Assembly (NCBI GenBank): GCA_052279835.1
Contig: CP181291.1
Coordinates: 5,184,001 to 5,248,000, forward strand
From: Microcoleus sp.
GTDB taxonomy: Bacteria > Cyanobacteriota > Cyanobacteriia > Cyanobacteriales > Microcoleaceae
Direction: 5' to 3'
Length of the DNA: 64,000 nt
Below are positions 50,623 to 60,574 of this stretch, in pieces. Position numbers and translations under genes: made by a program. The notes below the pieces were generated by a model that was not told the DNA's origin, made no database searches, and saw nothing but the letters and a program-made list of their open reading frames with translations. Position 1 is the stretch's first letter, and each line of letters starts with the position of its first letter.

Positions 50623-50739
50623 CTGGTTCCTAGGCTCTGCCTGGGAACCCATTTCTAGAGGCTCTGCCTCGTTTTGGAAGTAGGAAAAATCGAGGCAGAG
50701 CCTCCGGATCTGCGTTACCAGGCAGAGCCTGGTAACGAG
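50623..50739. repeat. Composite REP-like palindromic element between convergent genes
   Basis: GGCTCTGCC/GGCAGAGCC hairpins in nested inverted arrangement. Confidence 0.7.
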
Positions 50740-50744
50740 TGAAA

Positions 50745-52653
50745 TTAGACGCTGACAGGTGACTGTTTGCGGCTGAATGTTGCCAAGATGCGATCGCACA
50801 TTTGCGATGGAGTTAAACCCAAAGTTGCAAAGGATTGTTCCGGCGTTGCATGATCTACCAATGTATCAGGTACGCCCAAGCGCATTACTGGCACAACCAC
50901 GTTATTATCTAGCAAAGCTTCGGCCACTGCTGAACCGAAACCGCCCATCAAACAGCCTTCTTCCATGGTGACAACTTTGCCAATTCGCTGGGCTAAAGGC
51001 AAGATTAATTCGGTGTCTAAAGGCTTGACAAAACGCGCATTGATGACTGTTGCTTCGATGCCGTGTTCGCTCAACATTTCGGCGGTTTGCATTGCTGGAT
51101 ACACCATGGAACCGTAACCTAATATCAGCACGTCGTCCCCATTGCGAAGGATTTCCGCTTTACCGATCGCCAATTCTTCCCAACCTTCTTCCATCAAAGG
51201 TACGCCGTAACCGTTACCACGCGGGTAACGCATGGCGATCGGACCGCTGGTATGATTAACTCCCGTGACTACCATCCGCTGCAATTCGGCTTCATCTTTG
51301 GGAGCCATAATTGTCAGATTTGGCAAGCAGCGCAAGAAAGAAATGTCATACATTCCTTGGTGAGTTGGGCCATCAGCGCCGACGATTCCGGCTCGATCCA
51401 AACAGAAGAAAACTGGTAAGTTTTGGATACAGACATCGTGAACTATTTGGTCATATCCCCGTTGCAAAAAGGTTGAATAAATTGCGACTACCGGGCGCAT
51501 TCCTTCGCAGGCTAAACCAGCAGATAATGTGACGGCGTGCTGTTCGGCAATGCCGACATCAATGTACTGTTTAGGCAGTTTTTCCTGAAGTTTATCTAAG
51601 CCAGTTCCCGTTGCCATGGCGGCGGTAATGCCAACAACTTTCGGATTGTTTTCTGCTAGTTTAACTAGACAGTGGGCAAAAACTTTTGAATAAGCTGGAG
51701 GCTTTGGTTTTGTGGAAGGAATGCCTTTACCTGTGGCTAAGTTAAAGGGATTTTGGGCGTGATATCCTACTTGGTCTTTTTCGGCGATCGCATATCCTTT
51801 GCCCTTTACCGTCACGACGTGAACTAACACCGGGCCTTGGATGGTATGACCTTGCTTGAAAGTGGCAATTAACTCTTCCAAATTGTGTCCATCTACCGGG
51901 CCCATGTAGGTAAAACCTAATTCTTCAATGACGGCTCCTACTTTGGACACGGCTAACCGTTTCATCCCTTCTTTGAGGCGTTCCATTTCTGGAGTAAATG
52001 TTTCGCCCACAAACGGAATTTGTTTGAATTGTTCCTCTAAGTTATCTTTGAGAAATTGGACTGGCTGCGAGAGTCGCATCTTGTTCAAATAGCGAGTAAT
52101 TGCGCCGACATTGGGGGAGATTGACATCTCGTTGTCGTTGAGCACTACCATCACATTAGTTTTCGGCATATGGCCTGCGTGGTTAATCGCTTCGAGTGCC
52201 ATACCCCCTGTGAGGGCTCCATCACCGATGACTGCTACAGTTTTAAAGTTTTCGCCTTTGAGGTCGCGCGCCATGGCCATTCCCAGAGCTGCGGAAATGC
52301 TCGTAGAAGCGTGGCCGGCACCAAAATGGTCAAATTTGTTCTCGCAGCGCTTGAGATAGCCTGCAACGCCGTCTTTTTGGCGCAGGGTATGGAATTGGTT
52401 GTAGCGGCCGGTGATTAGTTTGTGTGGGTAAGCTTGGTGGCCGACATCCCAGGTTACTTTGTCGCGATCGAGGTCTAGTGTCTGGTAGAGTGCTAAAGTC
52501 AGTTCGACTACGCCCAATCCGGGGCCGAGGTGCCCGCCACTGGCTGCTACAGTTTCTAAATGCTTTTCTCGAATTTGTCTGGCAATTTGTTCGAGTTGAT
52601 GAATGGACAAGCCATGTAATTGGTTTGGGTGAGTCAGTTTCGCTGAGATGCAT
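50745..52653 (-). CDS. dxs: 1-deoxy-D-xylulose-5-phosphate synthase; +1 frameshift at 52638-52640
   Basis: [43 protein letters not shown]; deleting one base restores [16 protein letters not shown]. Confidence 0.97.
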
Positions 52654-53092
52654 ATTTTAAAATCTTGCTCCTGTGAATCAGGACGAATCCTTAACAGCTA
52701 TAGGTTGAGTCTGCGACGCTTGGGACGTGCAGGTTAGAATAGTTTAACGGTTATTTGCAAAAAACAGTGAAGTGTAACAATTTTATTGTTTCTGACTTGG
52801 GAATTATATTGTATTTTATCAGTTGTCAAACAAATTGGAGGAAAGGGCGATCGCACTTATCATCAAATACGATCGCCCTTCATCAAATTACAACATTCGC
52901 TCTAACTCAGTCGATCGCACTTCTGGCAATTTCTCGGCCCCTTTGGACCTTTAAAGAAGTTGCCGAACCATTCATCTCCCTCCTCTCTTCCTCTGCGCCC
53001 TCTGCGCCCTCTGCGGTTAAATAAATCCTATTTCTTCGTCCGCGTCGGCGGACTTAGTTTGACTTTCTGGCGGTTTCAACCGCCGAGTCCCT

Positions 53093-55225
53093 CTAAACCC
53101 GCGTTTGACTTTTTTGAATTTCTTCTAATAGCCCCTCTCGACTCTTCGCAGGTTCCTTACAAGTAAAAGACTCACAAACCAACCCAAAAACCCCTGGCGG
53201 TAAATCAGTCTCAATCTGAAAAACAGCAATGGGATAATACTGTGAAATCAAACCAGAAACTAACTCAGGAGTCGTGCGAACCAAAGTAGAATGTTGATAC
53301 CAATCTAGAGCAGAAATCAGACTAGGACAAGCTTGGGGAGCATCTTGTATAATACTGCTGAAAGCTTGTAAACCTTGTTGGGCGCGATCGAGATATGCCA
53401 AATTTTGAGTCAACAGCGCTAAACGAACCAAAGAGGCGATCGCAATTCCATTAGCCGCCGGAGTAGCATTATCAGTATAACTGCGTTCCCGCACCAACAA
53501 ATCTCCGCTGCAATCAGAAGCAGTATTGTAATATCCTCCTAATTCTAAACTCCACAAAAACTCATCAAATTCGGCTTGCACTTCCACAGCCTGCTGCAAC
53601 CATTTGTCGGTTGTTTCTGCTGTAACTAGCGACAAACTCCCTTGATGCAAATCCAGCAGCGCTTTCACAAACAAAGCATAATCTTCCGACTGCGCCATCA
53701 CAGCCACTTTGCCATCATAATTCAAACGATGAAACCGACCATCAATCCACTGATGTTCTAAAATAAAATCAGCACTCTTGACAGCTAATTCCAGATATTC
53801 CAGATTGCCAAAAACAGCAGCAGCCCTTGCCAAACCAGAAATCATCAAGCTATTCCAAGCTACAATCATTTTAGTATCTGTTACTGCCGGAATTCTACCA
53901 GGCCAACTATTATTTTTAGCTTCCTGATTGTTCCGGGCTGGGGGAAAGGTTTTGACAGTATCGGGATGACCGCCATAACGAACTTGAAATAGTTTCGCCA
54001 AAGCCGTTTCTGCCGTTTCGCTCAATTTGCCGTCATGGCGGCGCTGCAATACATTTTTTCCTTCAAAATTGCCAGCACTACTAACAGTAAACTCTGCTTG
54101 AATTTCTGCTAATTCTTCAGCAGTCAACAGTTGTTCCAGTTCTCTATAAGTCCAAACATAAAACACTCCTTCTTCTGGTTCTGACCACCCCGTTTCCCCC
54201 CCTTGGTAAGGGGTGGTTAAATTTTCTGCCACCCCTTGGTAAGGGGGGGTTGGGGGGGTAAAACTGTCAGCATCTTGTGCAGCATAAAAATAGCCTGTAG
54301 GTGCGGTCATTTCCCGTTTTAACCATTCTACGGTCCCGGCGGTCGCAGTTTGAAACGCCGGTTCTTGAATTCCTGCACTCCACAAATTTGCTAAATACTC
54401 AACAATTTGACCGTTGTCATAGAGCATTTTTTCAAAGTGTGGTACTGTCCAGGTGTCATCGACTGTGTAACGGTGAAATCCGCCAGCCACATGGTCGTAA
54501 ATACCTCCCAATGCTAGGTCTAACCCGCGCTGAGTACAGGCTTGTTTGTTATCGTATTCAGCAGATTCCCAGTTAAATCGCGTTCCGCGTAGTGCTAAAT
54601 CAGCATAGGGCATCATGGGAAAACATGGAGCTCGATTACCTGTGGCAATAACTGCGGTGTTAGTTATTAAGCCTTTTTGAAATATTTCGTTACTTAATTT
54701 TGTGGTTACTCCTGACAGCATCGCTGACTGTTCGAGGTTGCCTAAGATTTCTGATTTAAAGGCTTGTAATTTACTTTTTTCTAGGTCATAAAAACGGCGA
54801 ATTGCTTGTAATACTTCTAAAAATCCCGGTCGTCCATAGCGCGGTTCAACGGGGAAATAAGTGCCACCGTAGAAGGGAATTCGCTCGTCTGGCGTGAGAA
54901 AAATGTTGAGTGGCCAACCACCTTGACCGGTCATCATTTGCAGTGCTTGCATATAAATGCTGTCGATGTCCGGGCGTTCTTCGCGATCGACTTTTACAGG
55001 AATAAAATGCGAATTCATGTATTGGGCGATCGCGTTATTAGAGAATGCTTCCCCTTCCATCACCGTGCACCAGTGACAGCTAGAGTAGCCAATGGACAGG
55101 AAAATCGGTTTATTTTGGCTGTGGGCGGTATCTAAGGCTTCGTCGCACCAGGGCCACCAGTCGATCGGATTTTCGGCGTGTTTCCGCAGGTAAAGGCTTT
55201 GGGATTGGGCAAGACGGTTGACCAT
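53093..55225 (-). CDS. Thioredoxin-domain YyaL/SSP411 (DUF255) family protein
   Basis: NRLAQSQSLYLRKHAENP, SCHWCTVM, KVDREERPD, GGWPL, PHFEKMLYDN. Confidence 0.92.
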   Translation of the reverse strand: MVNRLAQSQSLYLRKHAENPIDWWPWCDEALDTAHSQNKPIFLSIGYSSCHWCTVMEGEAFSNNAIAQYMNSHFIPVKVDREERPDIDSIYMQALQMMTGQGGWPLNIFLTPDERIPFYGGTYFPVEPRYGRPGFLEVLQAIRRFYDLEKSKLQAFKSEILGNLEQSAMLSGVTTKLSNEIFQKGLITNTAVIATGNRAPCFPMMPYADLALRGTRFNWESAEYDNKQACTQRGLDLALGGIYDHVAGGFHRYTVDDTWTVPHFEKMLYDNGQIVEYLANLWSAGIQEPAFQTATAGTVEWLKREMTAPTGYFYAAQDADSFTPPTPPYQGVAENLTTPYQGGETGWSEPEEGVFYVWTYRELEQLLTAEELAEIQAEFTVSSAGNFEGKNVLQRRHDGKLSETAETALAKLFQVRYGGHPDTVKTFPPARNNQEAKNNSWPGRIPAVTDTKMIVAWNSLMISGLARAAAVFGNLEYLELAVKSADFILEHQWIDGRFHRLNYDGKVAVMAQSEDYALFVKALLDLHQGSLSLVTAETTDKWLQQAVEVQAEFDEFLWSLELGGYYNTASDCSGDLLVRERSYTDNATPAANGIAIASLVRLALLTQNLAYLDRAQQGLQAFSSIIQDAPQACPSLISALDWYQHSTLVRTTPELVSGLISQYYPIAVFQIETDLPPGVFGLVCESFTCKEPAKSREGLLEEIQKSQTRV
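54190..54260. repeat. In-frame C/G-tract repeat insertion
   Basis: CCCCTTGGTAAGGGG x2 plus GGTTGGGGGGG, between DADSF and EEG. Confidence 0.7.
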
Positions 55226-55357
55226 AATCTAATCTACTTTAACTCGTACTGAGTTAGCTTGTCAGTTCTCTAGCAGTTTAGCGCGAGATGTTTTAGTTGA
55301 GTTGTCGGGGATCGCCATGTTTTAATATTATGGCTGATTATCCAATTTTAATTTAAA

Positions 55358-56932
55358 ATGAGTTTATCATCTCGGAGAACCTTCAATCAACGGCTGCTAC
55401 AATTTTTGCTGAGTGCCGTGGTTCCTCCTCATGTTCTCAAACAGTGCCAAGCTGAATCCTCAAATCAAGCCTCGTTTGAAACTAAACTTAACACTTTATT
55501 AGCAAAAATAGACCCGGAAATAGAATTATTAGTACCGACTTTTTTAGGGAACGACCAACGCAGGTTTTATGGTAGAGGTGTTCCGAAAGGTTTGAAGTTA
55601 ATCGACAAGTTTCAACTGGGAAGTGGGCAGACTTTTCTCGGAAGGCGATCGCAAATTTGGAGCGGTGCCGGTTGGACTGGACAGCCCACAATCACCAAAG
55701 ACAGAGGAAAAATTTATTTAATTATAGGTAGTTTTGACCATAATTTGATAAAAATAGACCTCAGTAATAACAAGGAAGTTTGGCGTTATGAATTTGATGA
55801 TGTAATTAAAGGGTCATCTACTATTTATATCGATGAAAAAGCGAGCCCTGAAAACAAAATTGTGATTTTGCAAGGTAGCCGCAGCGATGGTGGTGGCAAA
55901 AGTGTTGTACCTAGTTTTCGGGCAATCTCTTTTAGAACTGGCAAGGAACTTTGGAAATTGAATATCAGGAGAACTCCCAGCTACAGTCAGGATAATGATA
56001 GTAGTGCTTTGTATCTGGGCGATGGGGTGCTGTTCAATGCGGGCGAAAATGCGATCGGCTATTTTCTGGACAGTTCGACAAGTAAGGCGAAAATTACACA
56101 AGGAATTAAGCAGCCAAATATCTTGTCAGAAGTACAACTTTATGCAGCAGCAGATATCGGCAAGCACGGCGGAAATTTGGTAGCAGAATCATCGCCATCT
56201 AGGCTTAAAGACCGAATATTTATCGCTGCTGGCTCTGGTCATATTTATGGCATTAATGTTAAAAATAAAAAGATAGTATGGGATTTTTATACTGGTTCTG
56301 ATTTGGATGGGAGTGTCGTCATTTCTAAATCTGGCAAACTGTTTTGTGCTATTGAAAAACAATACATTCAAGGCAACGGCGGAGTTATGAAGCTGAATCC
56401 TAAGAAGGAACCGAATGCCAGTGTAGAATGGTTTTTGCCTACGGGAAATCGCCGAGTTTCGGGCTGGGAAGGTGGCATAATCGGCTCGGTGGCGTTGAAT
56501 GATGAGTATAATCCAGGCGGGTTTCCGGCTATTTTTGCGACAAATGCGATCGATGGTAATTTGTACATCGGTTCTCAAGGTATGACTACTGGTAAAAAGA
56601 ATTTTGTACCTTGGCGAAATCAGTCTTACGATACTCCCGTCATCCTGTTTAAAAAAGAGATTGGTGCTTCGATTTCAACTCCGATATTTACCGATGGTAA
56701 TAAGTTGATATCTGCGGGATATAATGGTGTTTATTTGTTTACTTTGAAGTGGGAACGAGCGAAGTCTGGAGATAAGAATGCTTTGAAAAATGCTAAAGGT
56801 GAGTTTTACCGTTTGCAGGTAAAGGAATCAGGGAGATTTAAACCAGGTTTATCCTTTGAGGCGACGCCTGTAGTTTGGGATGGAATTGTGAGGATTTGCG
56901 CCAGGGATGGCTGGATGTATACTTTGGGTTAA
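55358..56932 (+). CDS. Exported PQQ-like beta-propeller protein with Tat-like signal
   Basis: SRRTF N-terminus; repeated G..LW/W.F and S.P blade motifs. Confidence 0.7.
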   Translation: MSLSSRRTFNQRLLQFLLSAVVPPHVLKQCQAESSNQASFETKLNTLLAKIDPEIELLVPTFLGNDQRRFYGRGVPKGLKLIDKFQLGSGQTFLGRRSQIWSGAGWTGQPTITKDRGKIYLIIGSFDHNLIKIDLSNNKEVWRYEFDDVIKGSSTIYIDEKASPENKIVILQGSRSDGGGKSVVPSFRAISFRTGKELWKLNIRRTPSYSQDNDSSALYLGDGVLFNAGENAIGYFLDSSTSKAKITQGIKQPNILSEVQLYAAADIGKHGGNLVAESSPSRLKDRIFIAAGSGHIYGINVKNKKIVWDFYTGSDLDGSVVISKSGKLFCAIEKQYIQGNGGVMKLNPKKEPNASVEWFLPTGNRRVSGWEGGIIGSVALNDEYNPGGFPAIFATNAIDGNLYIGSQGMTTGKKNFVPWRNQSYDTPVILFKKEIGASISTPIFTDGNKLISAGYNGVYLFTLKWERAKSGDKNALKNAKGEFYRLQVKESGRFKPGLSFEATPVVWDGIVRICARDGWMYTLG

Positions 56933-57203
56933 GATTGATATTTTGTCTGTGTGGGCAACAGGCATCCGGTGCATCTCAATTTTGCAAATATATTCGTAGG
57001 GGCGAAGCATGACCGCAGACAATTTATTAGTTATAACCAGAGATTTACAGCCGTCAGGCTTCGCCTATGCAAAATCGGGATGCTCCCCAGGCATCTTGCC
57101 TGTTGCGAAAAGGGTGTTGAAATCCGCCACCTATTCCTACCTGTGGTTTAACTGCGGTTATAGGTATGATAGAAATAACGTCGGAAATTATAGGAAAGTC
57201 GTT

Positions 57204-57701
57204 ATGGCAACTAATGACAGTCAAATAAGTCAAGTTTACGGTTCAGAGGATGCTCAAGCTATTCTGCAAATTGCGATCGCCCAAAAACAGGAAAACGGAG
57301 AACTTTCGCGAGTGCAGTTGTTCGAGATTGCAGCGGAATTGGGCATTTCCGAACAGGATATTGTGGCGGCGGAACAGCAATGGCTAGCCCATAGAGGGGA
57401 GTCTACAGAAAAAATAGCTTTTAATGCTTATCGCCAGCGCCAATTACAGAAAAATGTAACGAAGTACGGTATCATCAATACTTTTTTAGTGTTGCTAAAT
57501 CTAGCAGGAAGTCACGAACTTTCTTGGTCACTTTTTATTCTACTAACTTGGGGGTTGGGATTGTCTCTGAATGCTTGGAATGTGTATCAAACAGAAGGGG
57601 ATGATTATGAACAGGCATTTGGGCGGTGGCGGTTGAAAAAACAAGTAGGAGAGTCTCTTGGTACTGCGGCGGATAAGTTTTTGAAGTGGTTGCAGTCGTG
57701 A
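57204..57701 (+). CDS. 2TM-domain membrane protein
   Basis: AGGA RBS; YGSEDAQAILQIA, LFEIAAELGIS, two TM helices ending WGLGL. Confidence 0.8.
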   Translation: MATNDSQISQVYGSEDAQAILQIAIAQKQENGELSRVQLFEIAAELGISEQDIVAAEQQWLAHRGESTEKIAFNAYRQRQLQKNVTKYGIINTFLVLLNLAGSHELSWSLFILLTWGLGLSLNAWNVYQTEGDDYEQAFGRWRLKKQVGESLGTAADKFLKWLQS

Positions 57702-57762
57702 AAAGTTCATTTTTCATCGCGAAAATACTCCGTTTTCATATACTGAAGTATTGCATCTGTAA

Positions 57763-57900
57763 ATGTTAATCAAGCTTTCTCATGACGATCCAATTGTTCT
57801 CTATCGCGGTACACATCCTTACGAATTGTGTAACGGCAGACACAGAGTTTATTTGGCTAATCAACGAGGAATTAAATTAGTTCCGGCTGCTTTCAACTAA
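57763..57900 (+). pseudogene. 45-aa ParB/sulfiredoxin-like fragment or mini-protein
   Basis: MLIKLSHDDPIVLYRGTHPYELCNGRHRVYLANQRGIKLVPAAFN. Confidence 0.45.
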
Positions 57901-58078
57901 ATCTAATCAGAAAAGTAAAATTTACTTATTAGCAAAAGAGCGATCGCCCTTTTCCTTCCCAAAGCGCGATCGCCCTTAATTTCTCATTGCTTCAACTAAA
58001 TGGAGCGTGCTATAATTAGTCATAGCTTCCAGTAAGTTAAATATAGGAGTTTCCAGGATGGATGCAAGTCAGATGCGT

Positions 58079-59161
58079 TTAGATGTTAGCAGCATCTCCA
58101 ACCACAGGATTAATTAAAAGCGATCGCAAACCTTGACGAGTTTCCGAATTCAAATACTTGCGCTGCAAAATCTGCCATTTTTGCCAAGCTGCGTAGCGAT
58201 TTTCTGATAAAATCCCAGCAAATATCGGCAACTCTGTTTGCAGTTCGCTATCCACAAAATCTGTCAGAAAATCGCCTAAAACTTCACTGTCTTGAATATC
58301 GCCCAAACATTCTTGAATAGCTTTCACATCCTCTACATAAGCTTCATAAGTCTCGCCGTAAAATTCTCCAAACAGATTCATCAAATAGCGAACTCGCTTA
58401 GCTTGCTTCCGCAAATCGTGCAGAATAGTTCCCTCTGTGGCCAACTTTTCCTCGACAGCCTCAGCATTCAAATCATCACAAACTTTAACTTTCCCATCCA
58501 GATATTCCGTGCCCAACAGCCAAGCTGGATGCAGGAAAAATTCACTAACTTGAGGTAACAGTAAATCTGGCAAAACCTCAGCAATTGGCAAATTGGATAT
58601 CGCCTGAAACTGCGGTTTTTCCAACCAATTTTCGATCGCCTTTTTCAGCAATTGATAACTTTTGTGTCCTAAAACCGCCCTCACCCCTTTCAAGGCGCGC
58701 CGTCGCTGCTTGAGTAAATTCAACAAAACTCGATCAAAAACTTCCTGTTCTTCAGCAGGCAAATTCGGGTAATATCGGTTTTGGAGACTGTCGAGCATCA
58801 CATCCAAATCTCTGAGGGTTCCCAGTATCCGTCCCACTTTACCAATTTTGTGCTCTTTGGCCTCTTTTGGCCAATCTAAAACTGGAGCAAAACCAGTCAC
58901 AGCCGATCGCAAACGACGCATTCCGACTCGCATTTGGTGAAGTTCTTCGGCATCTTTGTCTTTGATAACATCAGCTTCCTGGGCTGTACTTTTGTGGAAA
59001 TATTTCTCGATCGCCCCAGCAGCCGCCTCTCCGAGAGTATTAACTTGAGTTTTAACTTTAGCTGTTTTTTTTACGTTCATGGTAGATGTAGATTCCAGAG
59101 TGTCGATCGGCTTTAACTTAGATTTCAAAGCTTTTCTAATAAAGGGTTTACATCGTAGCAC
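58079..59161 (-). CDS. CHAD domain protein (start probably 59080)
   Basis: LHQMRVGMRRLRS, LGTLRDLDV, LHDLRKQAKRVRY, QECLGDIQD. Confidence 0.92.
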   Translation of the reverse strand: MLRCKPFIRKALKSKLKPIDTLESTSTMNVKKTAKVKTQVNTLGEAAAGAIEKYFHKSTAQEADVIKDKDAEELHQMRVGMRRLRSAVTGFAPVLDWPKEAKEHKIGKVGRILGTLRDLDVMLDSLQNRYYPNLPAEEQEVFDRVLLNLLKQRRRALKGVRAVLGHKSYQLLKKAIENWLEKPQFQAISNLPIAEVLPDLLLPQVSEFFLHPAWLLGTEYLDGKVKVCDDLNAEAVEEKLATEGTILHDLRKQAKRVRYLMNLFGEFYGETYEAYVEDVKAIQECLGDIQDSEVLGDFLTDFVDSELQTELPIFAGILSENRYAAWQKWQILQRKYLNSETRQGLRSLLINPVVGDAANI

Positions 59162-59276
59162 ACAACCAAAATTTCTGACTCCGCACTCACATAAATCTTA
59201 ATATAAAACCGTTGACAATTTCTCACTAAAATGCAGTGGGGGCGATCGCCTTTTGGTGTTAACAACCAGATCGATC

Positions 59277-60343
59277 GGGCGATCGGGATTATTCGTCAAT
59301 CCCGAAGTCCGCCAGGGGTTTAAACCCCTGTCTCATAGCGAAAGTCCTCTCAAAGAGGACTCAAGAGGTGATTTAGTCGTCTTTGAGAGGACTTCGGCTC
59401 TCTCGGCGGGGAATTGATTAAGAGCCGGATTATGGTCTAAGGGCATGATTCGCGATCGCCCTTAAATCCCGAAAACAGCCGTTGTTCCGTACTTTCACCA
59501 GTGTTTGCAGAACTTTACAAAAAAAACTTGAGATTTCTGCATAAAACCACTGAGTTCACCCCAATAAACAAATAGGAACAACAAAAAGGCTGTGGGGGCG
59601 ATCGGGATTATTCGTCAGTCCCGAAGTCCGCCAGGGGTTCAAACCCCTGTCTCATAGCGAAAGTCGTCGGTCGCCGACTGCGGAATTTATCAGTCCTCTT
59701 CCAGAGGACTTGGGCTATGAGGCAGGGAATTGATTCCCTGCCGGACTCTGGGGATAACGGGTGATTCGATCGCCCTTAAATCCCGAAAACACCCGTTGTT
59801 CCGTAGTTTCATCAGTGTTTGCAGAACTTTACAAAAAAAATTTGAGATTTCTGCATAAAACCACTGAGTTCACCCCAATAAACAAATAGGAACAACAAAA
59901 GGCTGTGGGGGCGATCGGGATTATTCGTCAGTCCCGAAGTCCGCCAGGGGTTCAAACCCCTGTCTCATAGCGAAAGTCGTCGGTCGCCGACTGCGGAATT
60001 TATCAGTCCTCTTCCAGAGGACTTGGGCTATGAGGCAGGGAATTGATTCCCTGCCGGACTCTGGGGATAACGGGTGATTCGCGATCGCCCTTAAATCCCG
60101 AAAACACCGGTTGTTCCGTACTTTCATCAGTGTTTGCAGAACTTTATCAAAAAAAACTTGAGATTTCTGCATAAAACCACTGAGTTCACCCCAATAAACA
60201 AATAGGAACAACAAAAAGGCAAAGAGGCCAAACCTCAAACCCCGAAAACACCCGTTGTTCCGTACTTCCACCCAGTGTTCACAAAACTTTACAAAAAACC
60301 CCGTAGAGTTTTGCATAAAACCACTGAGTTCACCCCGATAAAC
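59277..60343. repeat. Tandem array of ~315-bp units (3 full units plus a partial fourth)
   Basis: Units start at 59277, 59596 and 59909; the second-half module recurs again at ~60236-60343. Confidence 0.92.
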
Positions 60344-60574
60344 ATATGAAAGGGAAATTACGAAGTTCATCGCACTTGTTGAGATTTATTCAAAAGTCGC
60401 ATCGCCCGTAACTTCTCTATCGCACATCGCATTTCGCGAGACTTCAGTTTGGGTAAATGACGAATATACGGCAGTTCGAGAGTGCTTAAGTGCATAAGTG
60501 CGATCGGGCTTGTCGATAGAGTCGCTTTGTCAATTTTCAGAACACATTGTATCTACCACGCGAGGATAAAAATC

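Noticed and set aside
50745..52653. dxs pseudogene or programmed frameshift
   Set aside because: A single extra base in a 3-nt run with no slippery heptamer; it matches the error pattern seen elsewhere in the window
57009..57203. N-terminal extension of the 2TM protein
   Set aside because: It runs through a GTAG REP-like element; a better RBS and ATG lie at 57204
59277..60343. CRISPR array
   Set aside because: Units are ~315 bp with no unique spacers, and no cas genes are in the window
59921..60370. 149-aa minus-strand ORF
   Set aside because: It is a translation of the non-coding repeat array with no protein-like features
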